64,000 nt of DNA, from positions 1,435,303 to 1,499,302 of the forward strand of contig MU057640.1 in the NCBI GenBank assembly GCA_013265495.1, read 5' to 3'. Shown piece by piece: positions 25,241 through 37,199 of this stretch (its first letter is position 1; each line of letters begins with the position of its first letter). Source of the stretch: Vicugna vicugna. Lineage: Eukaryota. A program made the position numbers and the translations under genes. The notes under the pieces are model-generated. The model worked only from the letters and a program-made list of their open reading frames with translations, made no database searches and had not been told where the DNA came from.

Positions 25241-25543
25241 GATGTAAAAGCAATCAGGCTTAAATCCCTGCAGAAAAGACCATCATACCTAAGTCTGAAA
25301 TGTGCACTTCCCTTTTGGAGAATGGCTTCCAGAAAACACAGCAGTTGGCATGAGATCTTAATCTTTTTCATTTACAAGGTTAAACGATGCTTTATTTTCC
25401 AACCTCTGAAAATCCTGATCTTCAAAACATGATAATCCACTATAGTTCCTTTGCTTCACTTTGACAGACGGCTCTCTTTCAGAAAAAACTGAACGGAACT
25501 TGTATCACTGGGGCTCTGTGATTGCCATAATCCCATGCTTTCT
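25241..25543 (-). other. SIPA1L1: 5'UTR portion of the SIPA1L1 first coding exon
   Basis: Strong acceptor gtccttctctcttttAG|AGAAAGC (AG at 25545-25544) 303 nt upstream of the ATG, giving an exon of about 1.8 kb. Confidence 0.75.
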
Positions 25544-26639
25544 CTAAAAGAGAGAAGGACAACTGGAATTAGCATTTGATTAACTACATCTAAAAATAAA
25601 CATGTAATTGCCAAAACCAGGCACATGAAAATATAAGCCTCACTAATGGTCTGTGGCTCACAGTTCACAACCCATATTTTTAGTATGCAGGTTAGAGAGA
25701 AAGGAAGAAAGTGAATCATTTAATAATACTCAACATTTAAATTATATATATATACACATATTTAAAAGACTATTAATATTTCAGCTTAATTGAACTGCTT
25801 CATATCACTGAGAGGAGGGTGAGGGATCTCATTCCAGGGCCGCAGGGCTCCCCGCCCAAGTACAGACCAAGTGCAGACTCCAATGACCTCTAATAATGTA
25901 GAACATCACGAACCACTGTGCTGATGAGAAGTTCAAGACATAACCAACAGAGTTCAATAATTAGAGCAACGTCCAGTTTTTCACCAAGGCTAAAAACTGA
26001 AAAATTATGTTATTAAGTATGTTGCAACACTCACTTTTTAACCTCTTCTGAGTTTCAAAATCCAAACATGTCTCTCATTTCTTTACAAAGGCTTACCAGA
26101 GTTGGCAAGGGCAAACACAATAGAGAAAAAGTAAACAGGGTTTTCCCGGAGCCATTCCACCCATCAGCTCGCTTCTGTATTTCCCTCTACTTTATTACTT
26201 ACCCCGAAGAGCAGTATTTCAGAATGCATCCAGCATCCTTCACCACTTCTTCCCAAGCTCTCTTTAGTTTCATCTACTCTTAAAGCTAGAAGCCTAATTT
26301 CACTAATTAGCACAATGCCTGCATTTCCTTACGCACTGCAACCCACCCCACCCTTCGGTGCTAATTTCCAAAGACAGCAGAAACCAAAGGCTGCTGTAAA
26401 CAGACCTCTCCATATTCCCCAACAGCTAACATCCTTCCAGGTGACGGGTGAAGAAAACCAACTTCCTCATGAACACGTCAGTCAGGAGGCAAGAAGCACA
26501 AATCTTGAGCATAAAATCCTGCGTGGTTGCGCACATCCTGAAAATCAAGGCAGAGGACCCTTTTCCAAGGCTCCACAAATTACACAAGAGGTGGCCTTTC
26601 AATCCCTGCCAAATGCATGTTTGGAAAGATGCTGCTGAA

Positions 26640-26965
26640 CCAGCACTGCGCTGCCGGGGCCGCATTGTCTACAAATCACGGCTGACACCCCGGCCGACCC
26701 GCGCTCGCTGCGCTCCGCTCCCCGGCAACAAGCACTTACTTCCACGATAATTAAGCATCTCGCGAGTCGGCTTCCTGCCTCCCAGGCAGCCGCTTTAATT
26801 TCTCCTGCGGTACGCAATCTCATTTTAGAAGGCTCGCTGCTATTTAAAGGCTGGAACATTTAGGGGTGTTTCAAAAACTGCACGCTGCCTGCGAAACGCA
26901 GGGCCAGCCGAGCTCCAGCTGGGCTCGCGAGGGCTGGTCTGCGCAGCCGGGCACAGACACGCAGA
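26640..26965 (-). promoter_or_regulatory. CpG-rich island-like segment; candidate alternative promoter and non-coding first exon (donor at 26740|26739)
   Basis: Dense CpGs in a CpG-poor background, TTTAAATA TATA-like element near 26841-26848, consensus donor GAA|GTAAGT, CTCGCGAG palindromes at 26759-26766 and 26924-26931; about 1.2 kb upstream of the coding-exon acceptor. Confidence 0.6.
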
Positions 26966-28559
26966 TTGCCTCCCTCTCGCTCCTCTTCATCATCTTTTGT
27001 GAAGGGGATGATGGTTTTGCACCGGTACCTAATTAAACCTGGCTTTTGAACTTTCTAGATCCTTCCACCTTCAGACTGCTAGGACTTCCTTCACATTTGG
27101 GAACTGGCCATGCTCCACTTGAACTGTAAGTCCTCAAGTGGAATCAGGTGCCAACTGTTGCATCTGAAGGGAGCTCATGTGGCCACAGCCAAGGTTCAAG
27201 AATTGCTCCTCATAAAATGGAAGGAAAACCGAGCAGCTGAACCAAAATGCAAAGTAAACACCAGCCCATCTCAAAAATGCAAAAAAAAAAAAATCTTTTG
27301 ACAACCCCAAACCACAATTTATAAGCCATTTTGTAACTAGGGAAAAAGAAGCTATTTATTTAAATGAAATATCTATCAAAGAAATAAGACACTAACATAT
27401 AAAAAATAAGTCTAAAAAGAGTCTTACGAAAATCAGATGCTTTCAGCATTTCTCACAAGCACACAAAAATCCAAATAAATCACCTACCATTCCCAGAACT
27501 GACATTCTCTAAAAGGCCAGTGCACCCATCCCACCAGGGTAAAAACTCATTCTTGCCACATTTCATTTCCTTAGACTACAGCTCACCACAGGGCTGTCTT
27601 CTTTAGGATATGTGAAGTTATGTCCATTGTAGGAGGAGACTGAAGGCCAGCACTAAAACACAGTAAACAAAACCAACTTGGAAATGTCCACTCTCGGCCG
27701 TCACTACCACAGTACCATCTCATATGCTTCCCGTGTTTTTTAATGGGGTTTTAAAAGTCTTAGAATTATATATGTATAATTATTTCTCTTCATCATTTAA
27801 AAGAAATACCAAGACTCCTATTACATCTTGATTATAATAACAACTTCATGTTTTCTTTTAATTTCAAAACATAGATGGGCACACAGAGGAGACAGTGCCC
27901 ACAGTTTAATGACCTATAAACACTGAGGAGGTTCAAGACGAACAACAAAGTTATATAACATCCCCCTCCCACCACGTCATGAGGATCTTTTTTCCTTTTC
28001 TCTCTTTTCCTCTCTCTTCCCTTTCTTTCCCTCTCCTTATCTACAGTATCAAAACCCTTTAGGTGCAATATGGATTTTGGACATGGACAGGCATCTACAG
28101 AAATATACAAGCCTTGCATTTATTCAGGTACTAGTTGAAAATAAAGATGTCATCCACGTGTGTAATATGACAACAGATCAGTAACACCTAAAACCTATTC
28201 CTTAGGATTGATGGAAACAGCAAACATATGTTGACAATTATTTGACATTAGCAGTTCTCTTAATTATCAGCCAACCTGCCTCAGCATCATTAAAAATGGT
28301 AAAAAAAAAAAAAGCAGCAGAATTCAACAGAAGAGCAGTACTTATTTATAGCATGCCACCTCCATCTGTGGAAAGAGTAAACTACTTGAGACATGTCCTT
28401 GTTGTACGTTTAACTTTACAGCCCTGAGTACTTCCTGAATCTACTACGGTAGATCCATTTAGCCAGAATACCAATCCCCCGGTTTAGTTCAGGGAGCTCC
28501 TGGGAACTCTATCAGAAAAAGAGAAGATGTGTTGAAACTCTACTAGTTGAAAGTCTTTC

Positions 28560-29290
28560 CATCACTCACGGTCTGTCACCACATAGCCTACCACCTTTCT
28601 CTGATAACACCATGCTTCCTGGAGAAGTGCTTCCTCGTCTCCTCTAAATCATCCCCAGGCTTTCTGCATTCTCTTTGGAGTAGCAACCACACACTCGGTG
28701 CTCGGGATATCTGGGGAAACAGTCCTTCCCTCCAAGGGAAGTTACAGGTGTAGAAACAGTCCCTGTCATTCTGGCTCATTGAGGTATCAACACTCTTGAC
28801 CGCTCCCTGCTTCCTGAAACTCCGTCTTCTCCAGATCTCCATGACAAACATGATCTTCTTCTATTTCCAGGGGGTCACTCCTCAAGATCACTGGTGGGTT
28901 CCATTTAAAACCCAGTGATTCCAGGGTGGTACCCATGGCTTACTCCTCTTACCACTCTTCACAGTTTTGGAAGGGACTATAAAGGGGCATTAGGATGCAT
29001 CTGAGCACTGAGTGCACTAGGATGAGATAGCAGGCATGGGGACACTGAGTAAAAGTATTACTCAGGGAAGCAGGGTGTTGACTTGGTTGGGTCACCGTTG
29101 CCTGTGCAACTGAATGAAGACAGAATAATGAAATTACTTGGGGAGAGATCTGCATGGTGATGTCACAGATACCTGCAGCTTTAAATATCATCTCTATGCA
29201 GTTACCGCCAAATCTCCTCTCAGGACCCTCTCCCCTAAACTCCAGATAAAACACATGCCAGTGCTCATTTGATATCTTCCTTATTCATCT
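28560..29290 (+). mobile_element. L2 LINE fragments
   Basis: CCCTGCTTCCTGAAACTCC..., CCTCTCCCCTAAACTCCAGAT typical of L2; the middle part may be unrelated. Confidence 0.45.
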
Positions 29291-30257
29291 ATTTTCAACA
29301 ATGAATTAACTAACAAGCAGAAAAAAATGGAAAAATAAATTTTTTTCCAAGAAATAAATAAGGTGATTAGGAAATGAGAACAATAAATAATTGAAGGAAC
29401 CAAACAGAAGGAACAACATGGGAAACTTTGTGCCAAGGGCATAAAAAATGGTTTACGGTTACACAAGATGATGTGGGAAGGGAAGAAAACAAAACAAAAC
29501 AATACCAGCAGCTTACAGTTCCTGCCCTAAAATCACCGACAACACGATATGGTACACTCACTAAAAAGATGTAGCATTCCTCATCAAACACTTCCATATT
29601 CCAAAATGGGATGTTGTTAGATTCCTTAACTGGTAAAGCCACAAATACAGGAGCAACTCTCATTTCCAGGCATCAGAAGGAATTTTGATGATGAGTAACT
29701 ACACAAAGGGTCCGAGATTCCTGAGATACACAATATGAGTACTTATGAAAGTGTCAATATTAAACAGTTTATGAAGTTGTATACACAGATTTAAAATGCC
29801 CATAGATATTCTTGCTGAAGAATGTAAGAGGAACCTTTACTTTAAAACAGAAATACCACTTCGCAGTGCTTGGACATTAGATTAGCTAAGATAACCAAAT
29901 AAGGGCAACAATTTTCTTTATATCCCCTGGGCTTCCCTGAATTTCACTCACATTACATACAAGTGACATCGCAGATAGAAGGGACGTCTCTCTCTTTCAA
30001 GACAGCCTTGAAATGCACACAAGCATCTCTGTGCGATGCCCTGGATAATTTAAGCTTTATGAATCAGCACATAACTTTTTAGACTGGAATTTCCCCCTTC
30101 TTTCATTTCCATTCTGTCCCTTGAACAAAAAGCAGGAAGGATGGGGAAGAGAGGAATTGATAAATCTAGTTCCTGCTCTCCAAATGTTCACTATCTAAAA
30201 AAGAGCACTGATGAAGACAAAGTAGATTCAAGTAACTTGCCCTGAAATTACCAAAGT

Positions 30258-30350
30258 GTATAGAGAAGTTATGGAGTTGGTAGAGAGCATGCCGAACATT
30301 TATGAGGTACTTGGTTCAATTCCCAGCACCTCCATTTGAAAAAGGAAAAA
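30258..30350 (+). mobile_element. Degenerate Vic-1-like SINE
   Basis: GGTAGAGAGCATG...GAGGTACTTGGTTCAATTCCCAGCACCTCCATTTGAAAAA aligns with the other copies in this window. Confidence 0.7.
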
Positions 30351-31058
30351 ATAAATCAAAACACAGAAAACAGGATAAAGTTCCATTTGAGTTCAGAGGG
30401 AAGAAAGCAATTCAATTTATCATGTGCTTGTTTGGACAAAGTAAGGACCTACAGAGAGAGTAACACTTGCCTCTGACCGACCCAGCAAACTGACAAAGTT
30501 CAATGAAGAAAGTAACATTTCAAAGGTCTAGTCAGCCTTGAAGATACTTTGCACAGCTGCGGATGAAGTACCGAGCTGGATGGCAGAAGACGGTGATAAA
30601 ATTTAAAAGGTATGGAGTAAGTTCCACGGTGGAATTACTGACAGGCAGAGAAATGATTCAACAGCTGGCAAAATAAAGGAAAATAGAAATAAATGTGAAC
30701 ACTGATCTTATATTTAAATATGACAAAATTTACGCAATAAGCAATTCATACGAAGCCAGAAAGCTACTAGGTCTGAGGACCTTCAAGTAGGGAGCTAAAA
30801 GGTAAAAAGTAGGGTAAAATGTAATAAGACAGGTAGTAGTGAACCAGATTCCTAGAGGAAAAATAGTGTCTGAGGTGCGGTAAAGGAACTCTTTCAAGGA
30901 AAACAAATCGGAGCTCACCCACTAATCAGGGACCCAGGATATCCATGCCTGGCACCCAGGATATCAAGAGAGCAGACAGATCCACGAAGCCAGTGCGGGT
31001 TTTAAAAATAGTAATTGTACGTTAATATTCATTTAAAAGCCATTAAAAATATATTCAT

Positions 31059-31123
31059 CTCACCTCCTCTCATGAACACAACAAAATCACAACTAACTGC
31101 TAAACAACCACCAATTAAAAAAT
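31059..31123 (+). mobile_element. Very short fragment resembling the L1 5'UTR start, with A-rich tail
   Basis: CTCACCTCCTCTCATGAACACAACAAAATCACAACTAACTGCTAAACAACC resembles the recalled laurasiatherian L1 5' end; flanked by TATTCATC on both sides. Confidence 0.55.
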
Positions 31124-34009
31124 AAACAGTTATTCATCAATCCTACAAACAGTGATCTACTACTGAACAGCTGATTACCAAATAGGACCTGGGGAAAGGG
31201 GCTGTGAGAAAATGGATTTCTGGCAGACAACCAATAGATGTCTGCTGTGCAGGGGAAAAGACCTGTCAACTTTCCCCAAGTTATGGTTCAGATTCTTCAA
31301 GTTATTAATTCATAACAAAAGGTTTAATAATTAAGGCAGGGAAACCCTGTACGTCACCTCCGTTAGGACATGATAATACATATGACTATATGAAGGCTCC
31401 ACGAAATCTGCAGTTAAAAAAATAAAAAACCCCACTAACTATTAAATAAGATATTTCTTAACTTATTTGACTATGGACTTTTTTTTTTTTTAAAAAAAGA
31501 ACATTTTTATACTGCACATCCTGTTGAATGTAACTGGGGACAAACAGGCCCAGTTTTAGAAGAATTCAGGATACAAACAAAATTGTATATACATTATAAA
31601 TTTAGCTAAGTTTTTTAAAAAGTGATGTATAAATAAGAAAGCTAAAGGAAATTCACCAAAAGATTTAGAATGCTTGTCTTTAGTTAGATTTTGAATAATT
31701 TTTTTTCTTTTTGGTATTTGTCTGTATTATTTGTTTTCTGAAATAAGCATGTATAACTTTTGTAATCAGAAGAAAAAACTTAGGAGAAAAAAAAAAGAAA
31801 CTCATCATTCTGTTACTAAAAAAATAAAACAGGACCTGGGAATGTGCAGTATGATGAACACACCTCTGAATACTAATTATTAAATACCGCACTATGTTAA
31901 ACCCCCAACCACTCAACTCACCAAAGAAGTCAAAATTCAACAGATGTCAGGTCCCTCCAATAAGGTGATCTTGTGCTAAATCCCGATTAAAATGAATCAA
32001 AGAGGGTGACAAAGAGGACTAAAGATTACAAGATTAGCAGTATTTACAGCATTTGAATAATTACTCCATATAGATGATTAACACAACTGCTTTGTATTTA
32101 CTTTTTTGCAAATCACTGCAATTTGTAAATTGCAAATCATCTATTTGTATTTAATACTGTTTTCTTTATATTTAATATTGACATAAAAGCCGACAGTCTC
32201 CATGTCACCCTTTCACCAGGCTGCAGTGACCTAGGCAATCAGGTGACAAGGCCTGAATGAAGCACAGACTAAGTCGTTGTCCCTGGTGGCCCTTTCCTGG
32301 AACACACCTACTTTCCCATATAGGTGTACATCTCACCCTTTGTCCTCACAACCCTCCTTCTGCAGAGATTCAAGCTCAGTCTCAAGGATGTCACCATGTG
32401 GGCTGCAGATGGACAGTCTGGAGAGCATTTTTGAAGTGCCAGAGAGGTACTGATGGCTGAGGAACTGAAGTTGTATACTTAACTCAGAAAAGATTAATCT
32501 AGTAGTAGTGACTTTCTCTGAGGGCAGGAAGGAAAGAGATGGTCCAAACTGTGTTAACTCAGATTTAAACTAGATAAGCCACGAAAATTACCTTTGATCC
32601 ACACACAATGAACCTCAGCTGAGAACCCGCTTCACTAAGACAGCTTTTCAGGTTGCCAACGTGGGCTCCCCGAGCACTGTTCAGTGCTCTGTGCTAAGCT
32701 AGTTGCTATCAAAGGAGGAGACAAAGAAGGAACATTTCCACCCTCAAGTGCCTATAATCACGCTGGAAGAAGACGAGTGTAGGAAACCAGAGAGTTCAGT
32801 AAGAGAGACTGTCACTACCGGCTGTGTCAAGGACAGCATGGTTTTCTCATTTGAATATTTATATTCCAGAAAGAATTTAAGAAAAGGCACCGGAAAAGCA
32901 TGTTTAACTTTAGCACAGGAAGACTAGAAAGTCACATCGGTAAGAACAATGGGTGAATGTAAAGGTCCTTCTATGTGCAACTCTAATATCTTCAACATTA
33001 TTAATCATGATTAATATCACCAGTAACCATATTTCACGTAGCAATTTAAAAATACCGCCCAAGGAACAAGAGCTTAAAAGGGAAAAAGTAAAACAAAACC
33101 ATTCCACACTGCCTGAGCGTTTCCTTAAACACAGACTTGCAGATGGTTTGTCTGTTTCATTGAACGCTTATTTCTGAGGATAAACTCCCTCCCCACGCGG
33201 CTCAGAGAGATAGGGACTGCCATCCCTTGCACTCCCTGACCGGTGTGCAGCCCTCAGTCCTCACAGGCCCCCGGGGGGTGAGCATCCCCGCTGTCAGAGA
33301 GGTAAGCAGACTGCGTCTGACCAAGTGCTCACCGCACGGCGGGCTCTCTCTTGGGACACTGTGCTGGCAGTTAGAGGATTTACAGCAGAAAAACTACTTT
33401 GAAAATACATTATAAGAGAAAAAAGGCTTCCATTTTCCAAGTATCCCTTCTGAAGCCCAACCCCGAGAAGGATCTTTATATCAGGCTGAAAGACACCCAG
33501 TGGGGAAAAATATTGGTAATTAACTTCCTTAACAGACTACCGTGGTCACATCACTTGTGTTTCGTGAACTTCTGGGGGCCCCTCATTGGCAACCCTGTTA
33601 CTGTCTGACATAGGCCTGGAGTTCAGAACTAAGCTTCACTGCCCCCAAATGGCTTCCTTCTTCCAGTAATAGTAAGAAACAGGTCTGCCCTCCACAAATT
33701 GGGAGTCTTTTCAGAAAGCTCCACCAGACCATGGAACTGAATTGAGGGTGGCCCTCTCTGACCTGACATGCAGAACTTAAAATGGTGAGTCATTAGAAAA
33801 ATTACCTTGTCTGAACTCTTCATTTTCCACAGGGGGTGTCTCAGGGCCAGAAACGGTAAGTCCACCAAGGTTAAACAGGAGCAGAGCCCACACGTGAAGC
33901 TGGATTTCCTCGTTCTCTGAGTCCTACCCTGTCTGCTACACCAGACTGTCCCTCCAGAACACGCTTTTCCAACAATCTGCTGCCACCAGCTGTACCTCCA
34001 GTTTGAGCA

Positions 34010-34160
34010 TCCATATGGACCACTAACTGCCTCATCTGCTCCCCACATCAACCTGCAGGCAGGTATCAGCCCCCGCCGTCTGCATATGAAGACTCTGATG
34101 CGCAGAAGAGGCTGGGTTACTGTTGGCTCTGATCCCTGAGCCACGTTCCTGGCACCAGAC
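34010..34160 (-). mobile_element. MIR SINE fragment
   Basis: CATCAACCTGCAGGCAGGTATCAGCCCCC...GCATATGAAGACTCTGATGCGCAGA. Confidence 0.5.
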
Positions 34161-37058
34161 CATCCACCCTCCCTAAAATGCCCTCCTCTACTACTTTCTG
34201 AAAGTCTGCAATTAACTCTACACGTGGTTGGGCCTTTTCTCTTCAATTAGATTCTTAGGTTCCTGAGGACAGTGATCCATCCAATCCTTATCCCCAGAGC
34301 ACCCAGGGTCCTTGGAGTTGAATCATTTCCAACAAAAGCCACACAGCTCCAGTGAAGATGAACTAGACATTCACTGATAAATTAATAGAATTTATATTGT
34401 ACTCTAAAACGTAAGTATGGTTATCTCATAAGTATCAGTGTTGAGGGAGTCATGGGGAAAAAAAGTCCACGTGGCTGAAACTTAATAAAGATTGCAGCTT
34501 CATCTTTTTCTCTCATCTGTTTCTCTTCACAACAGAAGTGAATAAAAATAATGCAGTTTGATATGCCTCCCTTCAATACACTCATCATCAAAGGGCATGA
34601 AAAACAGCCACAAAAATGAGCAAATCTCATAAAACGGCAACACGAAGTGAACCAGAACCAGACAGGGCACCATCACAGTGCAATAATAACCAGTGCACAA
34701 CAGAGTCAGCTGTTAAAAACCCTAGCAAAGTAAGTGAACACATTTCCAGGAAAACAGCAGGAGGGGTGCTTAATACAGCACAGGTGAGAGAGGCAACAGA
34801 AATAAGAAATTAAAAATGACTGCCATCAAACTAAGGATGGTCACATTCACCCTCAAATAATTCCTCTCCTATACAAGTCTTCCCTTTGTGGCCCCCTTTT
34901 CCAAAGCTGTTTTTCAATAAATGAATGACAGGCTTTTTTTTTTTTTTAAATAGCGCTAATAAGTGAAAAATAATGTCTTTCCTTCAAGACATCCCAACCT
35001 CAACCCCAACGTAGCGACTCCTGGTAGTTTATGCATTCTTCCAGACTCTGTGTGTGGGCTGGGCACACACACAGTAAGACAGGCGTTGATTAAGAACAGG
35101 GAGAGGAAGGATGCGGCACAGGGAATGACTGACATCAGAGGAGACCTGCTCCAGGACCTACTACAGAAAGAAGGCAGAGGGTGGATGATGAAGAGTGAAA
35201 GAATCTATTTATGTTCAGGAGAGGCAGGGACCGCCCCTTGCCAAGCTGACATAAAGTACTTGATGCAACACTTCACAGCTAACACATTTTGAATCTTTTA
35301 TATACATATCCTGGTTTCTGAAAATAGGAGCCCTATACAAATGTTTCTGGCAACTTATCAACAAAAATCAACACAAGAGCAGATGAAGTAACTTTAATTC
35401 AGTGCCCACCATAATCCTCGAAGTTTTTCTTTTACTAAGTAAGTTTTTTTAATTATGTAAAAATTAGTAAATTAGTCATTTTTACTAATTGCACAAATAT
35501 ACATACACACTGTATATAACCTTCAAATAAATTTTAACCTTCAAACTTAAAAAGCCCTGATGTGTAAATGAGATTTTACTCACAAATCTATTAACTCGAT
35601 CACTTAAACATTCCTTTACAAACTAGAAAAAAAAATTAAGTTAAATGCAAACTGACCCAGTGTTCAAAGATAAAAGCTTGTGGCAGGAAGTCTTCTTGTG
35701 TTTCTCGGTCACTCTTTCCATCTTTGTGGCAAAGTGACATAAATCTCCTAACTGGAAATGGCAAGTCTGATGTTAAAATGTAAGTCCTGTGTGTTTGCAT
35801 TATTACTTGTTTTCAGATTTGATCACTCTGCCTGCTCAGTACTGAGTGTTCATAAAGTGCATGCCCACAAACACAACACAGCACTCTCTTGCTTAAAACT
35901 TCACAATAGCTTCTCTCTGCTCTCAAGGCAAAAGAACTTCCCGGGTGCATGACGGATCTTCCTGGTTAACAGCACAGCCTCACTACGCCCTTGAACCTTC
36001 AGCTCCAGTGAAAGGGAATGGGAATCAGCTGCAAGTACTCGAGTGCAGTCTGGAGCCTTCAGGAGAAACCAAGCTGCAACTTCTGCTGAAACACAACCTC
36101 CCCATCCCTCTCTCTCCTGTTTAACTCTTCCTCCTCCTTCAAGACTGCATTTTGGGTATCCTCTCTTGCAGGAAGTCATCCACACCCCACCCCATCCCTT
36201 GCCATGCTACTGTTTTGTTTTTTTTTTTAACAGCATCGCTTGAGAGGACTGTGGGTAAATTATGGCGGTTCGAAATCAAGGTAGGGATTCCCCACTTTCA
36301 AGAAAGTGTGATTTCACTCTGCATTACTACCTTCTAACACCAGCTCAGCTGGTAATAAAGAGCAAGGGACTGCCAGTTTGAAGTCTTTTGAAAAAGTAAC
36401 TGATTTTGAAGTTTTTTTTGACACAACTGGAGTTCAAACAGGTTTAAAAAAAAAAAAAGAACGTGTTGGAGTAAAATAAATTCTTTCAAGAGAACACAGC
36501 ACAAGAAAAAGCCTAACTAGTGTTATAAAAAAAACCATGGGTATAATAAGCAACAAAAGACATACAAATCAAAACAGCACTGCATCATCTTATACCTACT
36601 AGGAAAAACTCTAGGAATGTCAGTCTTCAGTGTTAGTGGCGTTACAGTTAAAACAGACATCCTTATGTTGCTAGAAGCAATGGAAATTGGCAGAACCATT
36701 CCAGGGGGAAAAAAAAGGAGAGTAAACCAGAAAATATTCACATCGTTGGGCTCTGTGGTCTCTCTTTCAACTTTTGGAAATGGATGGCTGTCCAGCAGCA
36801 GAAGGGTTTCTCCTCCTCACACTCACACCAGCTCTCTCTCTATTCCTTCAGCAAACCCCGGGAGCTCTGCGGGATTTTCCATTCCTGTGGAAATCCAGTC
36901 TTTTCTTAAAGGCCCCAGCACTCCCCCAGACATCCTTGGTCCCCAGAAGACCATCATACAGAAGATCTTTATTTTTCAAGGTTTCCTGAAGCACCACCCA
37001 CTAAGCCACAAGAGCTACGGGCCAGGGACTGCACCCTATTTACCTGTATGATACTTAC

Positions 37059-37093
37059 CCTGAGTGGAGGCTGAATGATAAATGTCACCCACA
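37059..37093 (-). other. Candidate 35-nt 5'UTR cassette exon
   Basis: cttgttttcctgttcAG|TGTGGG...CTCAGG|GTAAGT; second donor CAG|GTAAAT 15 nt further on. Confidence 0.3.
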
Positions 37094-37199
37094 CTGAACA
37101 GGAAAACAAGTGGTCCAACAAACACTGAGAAGTGATTTTACCATCTGTTGGAAGGCAAACTGGTGGTACAAAGATACTGACGACTATGCTATTTATTTA

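Noticed and set aside
25268..25288. AG|GTATGA donor and CAG acceptor as a UTR mini-intron
   Set aside because: Only 21 nt, below the minimum spliceosomal intron size.
32672..32689. Inverted repeat GAGCACTG-TT-CAGTGCTC and similar short hairpins (about 11207-11237, 32117-32134)
   Set aside because: 8-bp stems are expected by chance in 64 kb; too short for a pre-miRNA.
33629..34246. 205-aa minus-strand ORF
   Set aside because: Runs through a MIR fragment, starts at a non-ATG codon, and has no recognisable product.
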